Assembly: GCA_034440375.1 (NCBI GenBank) | Contig: JAWXBZ010000063.1 | Coordinates: 1 to 26,282, forward strand | Origin: Candidatus Eiseniibacteriota bacterium | GTDB taxonomy: Bacteria > Eisenbacteria > RBG-16-71-46 > JABDJR01 > JAWXBZ01 | DNA length: 26,282 nt | Direction: 5' to 3' | Shown: positions 16,806 through 23,644 of the stretch, piece after piece | Layout: each line of letters opens with the position of its first letter | Position numbering within the stretch: the first letter of the stretch is position 1 | Notes under the pieces: generated by a model | The model's input: the letters and a program-made list of their open reading frames with translations, nothing else | What the model was told of the DNA's origin: nothing | The model's database searches: none | Program-made: the position numbers and the translations under genes

Positions 16806-17520
16806 GGCATCAGCCCGGCCGGGCCACCGGGAGCGGCTCGTCGTGGAACGGGGGTGCTGGACGCTTCTCTGGCAGGCACTTCCCGGGATCCGCGCCGGCC
16901 TCTCGGGGCGTCAAGTCCTCACCCGGCCGGACCTTGCCCCGTCGGACAGGGAACCCACCGCTCACATCGACCAGGTTCACGGCTGTGATGTGGTGGTGGC
17001 GCAAGGCGAAGGATCTGCCGGTCCGGCCGACGGACTCGTGACGGCGCAGGGCGACCTGCGCCTCGTCATCCGCGTGGCTGATTGCCTGCCGGTCCTTCTG
17101 GCCGTCCCGGGCGGCGTGGCAGCCGTCCACGCCGGCTGGCGTGGCGCCGCGGGCGACATCACAGGTCGGGCTCTCGGGAGACTCCTCGAGGAGTCCGGCG
17201 GAACGGCGGAGGAGGTCGTGGCCTGGATCGGCCCCGCCATCGGCGTCTGTTGTTTCGAGGTCGGGCCAGAAGTCGCCTCGGCATTTCCGGCGGCGGTTCG
17301 TCGTGCCGGACCCCGCCGTGACCATGTCAACCTGGCCGCGGCCGTCGCCGGACAGCTGATTGAGCTCGGGGTGCCCGGAGCGGCCATCGACATCAGTGGC
17401 TATTGCACTCGCTGTCATCAGCACCTCTGGCATTCGCATCGGGGTTCCGGCGGTCAGCCCGGCCGCCTGTTGGCCTGGATCACCCGTCCGGGTCAGGACG
17501 ACTCCAGCGTGGCACGATAG
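16804..17520 (+). CDS. pgeF: PgeF/YfiH family protein (purine nucleoside phosphorylase / laccase-like domain)
   Basis: QVHG, ADGLVT, ADCLPV, VHAGWRG, IGPAIGVCCFEVG, CTRC...SHR motifs. The start is uncertain: ATG 16804, or GTG 16843 with a GGGAG RBS. Confidence 0.88.
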   Translation: MASARPGHRERLVVERGCWTLLWQALPGIRAGLSGRQVLTRPDLAPSDREPTAHIDQVHGCDVVVAQGEGSAGPADGLVTAQGDLRLVIRVADCLPVLLAVPGGVAAVHAGWRGAAGDITGRALGRLLEESGGTAEEVVAWIGPAIGVCCFEVGPEVASAFPAAVRRAGPRRDHVNLAAAVAGQLIELGVPGAAIDISGYCTRCHQHLWHSHRGSGGQPGRLLAWITRPGQDDSSVAR

Positions 17521-18617
17521 AAATCGACGTAGCGCGGCACCACCCGGTCGATGTCGTACTTGTCGATGGCCGACTGGCGTGAGGCCTCCCCCATCCGCGC
17601 GGCCCGATCCCGATCTCCCAGCACTTCGAGGCCCGCCGACACCATGCCGGCGACATCGTCGGGGCCACGCAGATATCCGGTCACCCCGTCGTCAACCACT
17701 TCCAGCGGCCCCCCCTGGTTCGTGGCGATCACCGGGACGCCGGCACTCATGGCCTCGAGAGCCGACAGTCCGAAGCTCTCATGATGGCTCGGCAGGAGGA
17801 AAAGGTCGGCCGCCGGCAGGATCTCCTCGACGAACTCCTGGTTTCCGAGAAAGAGGACACGGTTGTGAACACCGAGTTGTCGGGCCAGGGCGTCGGCCCG
17901 TGCCAGTTCCGGGCCATCACCGACCAGTGCCAGCCGGCACGGAAGCTTCGCCGTGATCCCGGCGAAGACTCGAATGACCGCCTCAATGTTCTTGACGGGT
18001 CGGAAATTGGAGATGTGCATGATGATCTTCTCGTCGGCCGGGCCGAGCCGGCAGCGTGCCCGCGGATTATCAACCGGGCGAAACAGTTTCGTGTCGATGA
18101 AGTTCGGGATCACCGTGATCGGGCGTTCCATCGGAAATTTTTCGTCCGTCTGCCGCTTCAGCCACTCGGAGACGGCAGTCACCCCGTTCGATCGCTCGAT
18201 GGAGAATCGGGTGAGGCGATGGAATGACGGAAGCACCCCGACCAGCGTGATGTCGGTGCCGTGGAGTGTCGTGACGGTGGTGATCTTGCGCGGCTTCAAC
18301 ATTTCCTGGGCCAGGAAGGCCGACACGGCGTGCGGGATGGCGTAGTGGACATGCAGAATGTCCAGGCCATATTGCAGCGCGACGTCGTGCATGCGGGTCG
18401 CCAGCGACACTTCGTAGGGTGGATACTGGAAAAGCGGATAGGCCTCGGGCACGACCTCGTGAAAGTAGATGTTCTCGACGAAGCCGCGCAGTCGAATCGG
18501 CAGCGCCGAGGTGATGAAATGCACCTCATGCCCGAGGCCGGCCAGCCTCTTTCCCAGCTCGGTGGCCATGATGCCGCTGCCGCCGGCCGTGGGATAGCAG
18601 GTGATACCGATCTTCAT
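17493..18617 (-). CDS. bshA: N-acetyl-alpha-D-glucosaminyl L-malate synthase
   Basis: MKIGITCYPTAGGSGIMATELG, YPLFQYPPY, LDILHVHYAIPHA, TTLHGTDITLVG, HISNFRPVK and ESFGLSALEAM are diagnostic for BshA. Confidence 0.95.
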   Translation of the reverse strand: MKIGITCYPTAGGSGIMATELGKRLAGLGHEVHFITSALPIRLRGFVENIYFHEVVPEAYPLFQYPPYEVSLATRMHDVALQYGLDILHVHYAIPHAVSAFLAQEMLKPRKITTVTTLHGTDITLVGVLPSFHRLTRFSIERSNGVTAVSEWLKRQTDEKFPMERPITVIPNFIDTKLFRPVDNPRARCRLGPADEKIIMHISNFRPVKNIEAVIRVFAGITAKLPCRLALVGDGPELARADALARQLGVHNRVLFLGNQEFVEEILPAADLFLLPSHHESFGLSALEAMSAGVPVIATNQGGPLEVVDDGVTGYLRGPDDVAGMVSAGLEVLGDRDRAARMGEASRQSAIDKYDIDRVVPRYVDFYRATLESS

Positions 18618-19345
18618 GGCCCGACCTTCGTAAAGAGTGCTCTTATGTCCGCGATTCCGAACGGCTCGCGGAGATCGAACGGCTCGCCGTATCTCACCCC
18701 GATCCGATTTCCGTAGTGACGAAAGCGGGCCGCCACATCGTCGAAGAAGCCCGGTTCCGAGATTGGCGTCACCCGTGGGTCGTCCTTCTCACGAAAGAAC
18801 TGGCTTTGAAAACAGGAGGCGGCCCGGACGCGTTGATCCCAGGTGTCGGTGATGTCGATGATGAGTCGAGGCTCAAAAACGACGCGACCCATGTAGAAGA
18901 GAATCGACATCGGCCGAAAAGGAGCGCCGTCGGCCTCGAAACCGGAAAGGCCGGCCACAAAAGTGGCGCGTTCGACGAGATGCGCCGCCTCGACATGGTC
19001 GGGGTGGTGATCATGCTCGCTGGAGGTCAGGACCAGGGCGGGACGATGGCGGCGGATCGCCTCGACGACGGTCCGAAGCTGGCTTCCATTCCGCGAATCG
19101 ACGCCCAGGTCGGGAAAACCAAGGTTCATCCGACAATGCGCGCCCAGTTCAAGGCGGGCGGCCTCCGCTTCGGCCAGCCGGATTTCCGGCGTGCCCCGGG
19201 TTCCGCGATCGCCACGGGTCAGGTCGAGGAGGCCGACGCGATACCCCGCGTCGGTCAGCTTGATCAGGGTTCCGCCGCAACAAAGTTCCAGGTCGTCCGG
19301 ATGGGGTGCGAAGGCCAGGACATCCATGTGTTCAGACGGCGACAA
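18614..19345 (-). CDS. bshB1: Bacillithiol biosynthesis deacetylase
   Basis: PIG-L motifs APHPDDLELCCGGT, DLTRG..GTRGT...R..EA, DHHPDH, IIDIT, QSQF, G.RIGVRYGEPF. Start placed at TTG 19345 (AAGGGGA RBS); ATG 19327 is the alternative. Confidence 0.92.
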   Translation of the reverse strand: MSPSEHMDVLAFAPHPDDLELCCGGTLIKLTDAGYRVGLLDLTRGDRGTRGTPEIRLAEAEAARLELGAHCRMNLGFPDLGVDSRNGSQLRTVVEAIRRHRPALVLTSSEHDHHPDHVEAAHLVERATFVAGLSGFEADGAPFRPMSILFYMGRVVFEPRLIIDITDTWDQRVRAASCFQSQFFREKDDPRVTPISEPGFFDDVAARFRHYGNRIGVRYGEPFDLREPFGIADIRALFTKVGP

Positions 19346-20915
19346 GATGGTGTCCCCTTTCCCCCTGGAACAAGCCGGTGACATGCGTCCGGATCGCGGC
19401 ATCGACGGCCGGAGCGGCGCCCAGCAGTTCGACCGCCAGGGCGGAGAGTTCACGTTCCTGGAGCCGGGTTCTCGGGCGCAGAAATTCGGCCAGTCCCGAA
19501 AGACCCGGTCGCGCCGCCTCCTCTTTCTGACGAACCTTCTTGTAGGCCCCTTCAGGAAATCTTTCAAACTGGTAGAGCGCTTTCTCCCGGGCCGAATCGA
19601 GGATCTGGATCAGGCTGGCATCAAGAAGCTGCGAAGGCTCCCGCAGTTCCTCGAAGAGCTGCTTGAGACCGACCCGCGTCGATTCGATACGGGCTCGAAG
19701 ATCCGGGGGTAACCGGCCGTCGAGCCAGGCGTGAAGTGTCGCCACCGGATCGGCCAGAAGTTTGGCGGCACCCTCCGGAGCCTCGCCCATGATCGGTCCG
19801 GCCGGGCCTGGAACGAGAGTGCACATGGCACGGTCGACCACGATCGGGCGGGGCACGCCGAGTCGCTCATAGGCCGGCGCCAGTTGTGTCAGGTACTGAA
19901 GTTCGGCCGGGCCGGCCACGTGGGCCACGGTCGGAAAAACAACATCATTGACCAGCGGCCGCAGCACGACATTCGGCGACAGGTGCGACGGGTGCGTCGT
20001 GATCAGTTGCCGCGCCTGTGCCCGCGCGAGAACCGGGTCGAGCCGCAGGCGGCGCCTCTCCGGCGTGAGGAACAGGGCAAAGGCGGCCGCGTCGGCCGTG
20101 ATCGGCGGCTCATAGCCGGCCCTTCGTTGCCGTTCGCCCGCGGCGCAAACGTCATCGCGAATCGCATCCGAATCATCCAGGTAACGCGAAAAGAGGCCGG
20201 CAGCCGCGCGGCGCAACTCAGGCCAGCGGGCATCAACCACGACGAGGCCCCGGTGGCCATACCAACGCAGTGCCTCAGTGGTGTGCCACTCACCAAAATC
20301 GCGCGGTTCCCCGGCGGTTCGGTCGGCGAGCCAGGTGTCGAACCACTCACCCAGGCCCGCACCCACCCCGGGCGCCAGTGCGTCAAGAATCACCGGCGTC
20401 GGAATGTCGCCCACCCACCCGCGCGCCACGCGCGAGGAAGCCGGCAGCGAAAATCGAAGCAGCTTGAGATCGGGACGGGCCAGCGTGCCATGCGCGACCT
20501 CGTCGAAATCGGCATCGTCGGCCGCGTTCCAGTACACAGGTACGACCGGCCGGCCAAGGGTGACGGTCAGATGCTCGGCCAGGGTCACCGCCGTCCCGAT
20601 CTTGAGGCGGGTGTACAACGGACCGCCCAGGAGTCCAGGCTGCTGTCCCGTCAGAACCGCCAGTGCCTCCCCCGCCGCGAGTTGCTCCACCGCGCGGAGC
20701 GACGGCGCGGGCGCCCCGAGTCGTCGATGCGTCACCCGGAGCGTCGCGACCAGTTCATCCGGGAGGCGGCGGACCGGCCGTTCCGCGAGGACCCTGGACC
20801 AGTCGGCCGGCCGCTCGGGTCTTGCGAGGATGTCGAGATCGGCCGGAAGCCGCCCGGCCGCATGATCTCGAAAGAATGCCCCGTAGCCGGGCGTGGACTC
20901 GAGCGGCAGGATCAT
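19332..20915 (-). CDS. bshC: Bacillithiol biosynthesis cysteine-adding enzyme
   Basis: VLTGQQPGLLGGPLYT..K, VPVYW....DADFDEV, LSPNVVLRPL....FPT...AGPAEL.Y..QL, LQER; adjacent to bshB1 and bshA. Confidence 0.92.
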   Translation of the reverse strand: MILPLESTPGYGAFFRDHAAGRLPADLDILARPERPADWSRVLAERPVRRLPDELVATLRVTHRRLGAPAPSLRAVEQLAAGEALAVLTGQQPGLLGGPLYTRLKIGTAVTLAEHLTVTLGRPVVPVYWNAADDADFDEVAHGTLARPDLKLLRFSLPASSRVARGWVGDIPTPVILDALAPGVGAGLGEWFDTWLADRTAGEPRDFGEWHTTEALRWYGHRGLVVVDARWPELRRAAAGLFSRYLDDSDAIRDDVCAAGERQRRAGYEPPITADAAAFALFLTPERRRLRLDPVLARAQARQLITTHPSHLSPNVVLRPLVNDVVFPTVAHVAGPAELQYLTQLAPAYERLGVPRPIVVDRAMCTLVPGPAGPIMGEAPEGAAKLLADPVATLHAWLDGRLPPDLRARIESTRVGLKQLFEELREPSQLLDASLIQILDSAREKALYQFERFPEGAYKKVRQKEEAARPGLSGLAEFLRPRTRLQERELSALAVELLGAAPAVDAAIRTHVTGLFQGERGHHLVAV

Positions 20916-21676
20916 GTGGCCCGCCTGGCCAGGATGATCAACCTCGAAGATCGCTCCTGGTCGAAGGCGTGACCTTCGTAATCACCCAGGCGTACGAGAT
21001 CCACCCAGCCCGATGATTCGATTTCGGCGTCCAGTTCGGCGAGTTGATAAATCCGGACCTCCTCCCGCATCTGGTCAACCAGGTTGGTTTCTTCAAAGAC
21101 GTCGATGCTTTTGACCAGGCGATCGCCTCTCGAGTCCGTTTCGACGCGGCGCCGCTCGACGACCTCGTAGCGACCGACAAAGCGGGTACTTTCCGGAGCG
21201 AGGCCGGCCAGCGTGCGGACAGGATTGAAGTAGTCGACGGCCAGGAGTCCCCCCGGCCGCACCACTCGCGCGGCCTCGGTCAACACCCGGCGATTCTCGG
21301 CCGCATCGGCGAAGTAGCCGAACGTCGTGAACATGCTCAGCGCCGAGCCGAACGAAGCATCGGCGAACGGGAGTTGCCGCATGTCCCCACGAACAACTTT
21401 TCCCGCCGGTCGGATCACCGCTTCGCGCAGGAGGTGGCTGGAAAGATCCAGTCCGAACGCAAGGAGTCCGTCCCGTTCCAGCGCGGCCATATGGCGCCCG
21501 GTTCCGCAGCCGATATCCAGTACCGGTCCGACCATCCCCCGCGACAGGAGCATGCTGACAGCTGCCCGGGCCTCGTCCTCGTCCCGATGCTGATAGATCT
21601 CCGAATAGAGCGGCCCAAACGCGCTCTCGAACCAGGCGGGGGGACCGGCAGGATCCACCATGCGACTGGCGGTCAC
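20912..21676 (-). CDS. Class I SAM-dependent methyltransferase; candidate bacillithiol N-methyltransferase (NmbA-like)
   Basis: VLDIGCGTGRH, GLDLS, GDMRQLPF, SMFTTFGYF, RPGG motifs; N-terminal WFESAF...Y..IYQHRD..EA. Overlaps both mrp and bshC by 4 nt. The methyltransferase call is firm; the specific substrate is inferred. Confidence 0.85.
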   Translation of the reverse strand: MTASRMVDPAGPPAWFESAFGPLYSEIYQHRDEDEARAAVSMLLSRGMVGPVLDIGCGTGRHMAALERDGLLAFGLDLSSHLLREAVIRPAGKVVRGDMRQLPFADASFGSALSMFTTFGYFADAAENRRVLTEAARVVRPGGLLAVDYFNPVRTLAGLAPESTRFVGRYEVVERRRVETDSRGDRLVKSIDVFEETNLVDQMREEVRIYQLAELDAEIESSGWVDLVRLGDYEGHAFDQERSSRLIILARRAT

Positions 21677-22470
21677 TCCGCGCGCCGGACGATCGGGATC
21701 GGTCCGGTCGGCCGGGGCATGGCCGCCAGGATCTTGTCGGCGATGTTCCGAAACGCCTGGCCCACCGGACTGCCGGGCTGGCTGACGGTGATCGGTACGC
21801 CACGATCTCCCCCCTCTCGAGCTGCCGGGTCGAACGGGATGTCGCCGAGATACGGCACATCGTAGTGCCGGCAGGCCTCCTGCACAGTGCCACTCCGGAA
21901 AAACTCGGACTTCTGGCCGCAGTGCGGGCAGAGGAACTGGCTCATGTTTTCCACCATTCCCAGGATCGGAGTCGACACTTTTCGGAACATCGCCAGTCCC
22001 TTGATCGTGTCGGCGAGCGCAACCGCCTGGGGAGTTGAAACGAGGATTGCCCCGGCCAGCGGCACCTTCTGGGTCATCGTGAGCTGGGCATCTCCCGTGC
22101 CGGGGGGCATGTCGACGAGAAGGAAATCGAGATCACCCCAATCGACCTGGTTCATCATCTGGTCCAGTGCCTGCATGACCATCGGTCCGCGCCAGATGAC
22201 CGCCTGCTCCGGATCGACGAGGAAGCCAAGCGACATGAGCTTGACGCCATGCTCTTCGGGAGGCTGAATCCGATTGTTCCGGATCGTTGGCGGTTTCGAA
22301 ACGCCGAACATGATCGGAATGTCAGGTCCGTAGACATCCGCATCCAGGATACCGACCCTTTTGCCAGAGCGGGCCAGGCAGACGGCCAGGTTAACCGTGA
22401 CGGTCGACTTGCCGACCCCTCCCTTGCCGCTGGACACCACGATGACGTGGCGCACCCCGGCCAGGCTCAT
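21673..22470 (-). CDS. mrp: Mrp/NBP35 (ApbC) Fe-S cluster carrier ATPase
   Basis: SGKGGVGKST, DADVYGP, WRGPM, DMPPGTGD and ENMS...CPHC motifs. Confidence 0.95.
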   Translation of the reverse strand: MSLAGVRHVIVVSSGKGGVGKSTVTVNLAVCLARSGKRVGILDADVYGPDIPIMFGVSKPPTIRNNRIQPPEEHGVKLMSLGFLVDPEQAVIWRGPMVMQALDQMMNQVDWGDLDFLLVDMPPGTGDAQLTMTQKVPLAGAILVSTPQAVALADTIKGLAMFRKVSTPILGMVENMSQFLCPHCGQKSEFFRSGTVQEACRHYDVPYLGDIPFDPAAREGGDRGVPITVSQPGSPVGQAFRNIADKILAAMPRPTGPIPIVRRAE

Positions 22471-22796
22471 TCAATGACCGTTTTCAGCCGCCGATCATAT
22501 TCGGCCCGGGGATATGCCCCCACCACCTGGTCCACGACGTTGCCGTTCTTGAAGAACAGAATTGTCGGAATGCTTCGGATGGAATACTTCATCGACAAGT
22601 TCGGGTTGCTGTCGATGTCAACTTTCACAACTTTCACCTTGCCGGCGTAGTTGTCGGCCAGATCTTCGATGATCGGCCCGATCTGCTTGCACGGGCCGCA
22701 CCAGACGGCCCAGAAGTCGACCATCACGGGTGTTTCCGATTTCAGCACTTCAGTTTCGAAGGTAGCTTCAGTCACTTCCAGGGCTTTGACAGACAT
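22467..22796 (-). CDS. trxA: Thioredoxin
   Basis: VDFWAVWCGPCK active site, IRSIPT; GAGGAG RBS. Confidence 0.96.
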   Translation of the reverse strand: MSVKALEVTEATFETEVLKSETPVMVDFWAVWCGPCKQIGPIIEDLADNYAGKVKVVKVDIDSNPNLSMKYSIRSIPTILFFKNGNVVDQVVGAYPRAEYDRRLKTVIE

Positions 22797-22825
22797 GGAC
22801 TCCTCGGTAGTCAGTTATCGGTGGA

Positions 22826-23278
22826 TCAGGGAAGATCAGGCGGCGGACGACCGCCGCCGCCATCATCGATGACGGGCGTGTCTTCCGTGCCGCCGAAGAT
22901 TAGAAACGCACCACCCACCACGGCGGCCCCCGCCGCGACCAGGAGCAACGGATTGGATCCCGGCTTGTCGATTTCGATGCGGGCAACGTCCCGAAGCGGC
23001 AGGACGACCTCGCGGTACTGGCTGCGGGACTCGACGCGCTCATCCTCCCCCCGGCCAACCACCCGGCTCTGCACGTCCCGAACGGTGCCGGAAACATTCA
23101 GACCATCGGATGTGAGCGTAATGAACTCGAGTTCCTCCCCCGAGACAGCGGTCACATAGTAAACGTCCCGCTCCGGCGGGGTGGTCAACTCGCTTAGTGG
23201 AACGAGAGAACGTCCACCGGCACAACCAGTTACGAGCAGGGCCAGGATGGCCCCGAAGCGTCGAATCACCTTTGTCAT
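22826..23278 (-). CDS. Hypothetical lipoprotein with C-terminal hydrophobic helix
   Basis: GAGGT RBS; lipoprotein signal ending LVTGC; C-terminal LLLVAAGAAVVGGAFLIFGG followed by an acidic Gly/Pro tail. Confidence 0.75.
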   Translation of the reverse strand: MTKVIRRFGAILALLVTGCAGGRSLVPLSELTTPPERDVYYVTAVSGEELEFITLTSDGLNVSGTVRDVQSRVVGRGEDERVESRSQYREVVLPLRDVARIEIDKPGSNPLLLVAAGAAVVGGAFLIFGGTEDTPVIDDGGGGRPPPDLP

Positions 23279-23308
23279 GAAATTTACCTCGGCAAGCCCA
23301 ACGCCATG

Positions 23309-23336
23309 AGACTAACAAACCTGGGAGGGGATTCAA
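23309..23336 (-). promoter_or_regulatory. Predicted sigma70 promoter for the lipoprotein-trxA-bsh operon
   Basis: Minus strand TTGAAT, 16-nt spacer, TAGTCT with extended -10 TGn; about 30 nt upstream of the ATG. Confidence 0.4.
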
Positions 23337-23457
23337 ACCGGGAGGGGCGGGAGCCAGATCGGTCCGGGGGCACCTTCAGCCGGCTGGTCCACGAATCAGA
23401 CGGCGGGGGCCGAATTACGTCCCGGGGAGCGGGGAGGATCGACCGAAGAAATGAATG

Positions 23458-23609
23458 GTGAGGCGCCAACTCCCCGCGGAGGTGTCCATGACGACAACCT
23501 CTTTGCGGCCGGCGATTCGTCGCTAAGGAGGCTAAACCCGAATCGCCGACTGTCGGTGCCCAGCAAAGGCTCACCACGGACAGGCTCCGTGCGTGCCGAC
23601 GCCTCACTG
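23458..23609 (-). ncRNA. Rod-shaped ~150-nt ncRNA candidate, possibly 6S RNA
   Basis: Nested helices rich in G-U pairs on the minus strand (13 bp 23595-23607/23458-23470; 12 bp 23571-23582/23483-23494; 12 bp 23539-23550/23508-23519). They begin right at the TSS predicted from a strong sigma70 promoter. Confidence 0.55.
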
Positions 23610-23615
23610 CAATTC

Positions 23616-23644
23616 AATATAAGAACGAATTCCTCCGGCGTCAA
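23616..23644 (-). promoter_or_regulatory. Near-consensus sigma70 promoter overlapping the mutS stop codon
   Basis: Minus strand TTGACG (23644-23639), 17-nt spacer, TATATT (23621-23616). Confidence 0.65.

Noticed and set aside
19346-19567. 74-aa N-terminal extension of bshB1 in the ORF track
   Set aside because: It lies within bshC. Homology starts at MDVLAF and an RBS precedes TTG 19345.
23323-23345. GGTTTGAATCC on the minus strand resembling a tRNA/tmRNA T-loop
   Set aside because: Only 2 bp of T-stem and no acceptor, D or anticodon arms. It fits better as a -35 box.
23455-23610. Plus-strand GAGGCGC, CGCCGA and ACTGTC fragments resembling a lysine riboswitch
   Set aside because: Helix order and spacing do not fit, the strand is wrong for any downstream gene, and the promoter and G-U pairs favour the minus strand.
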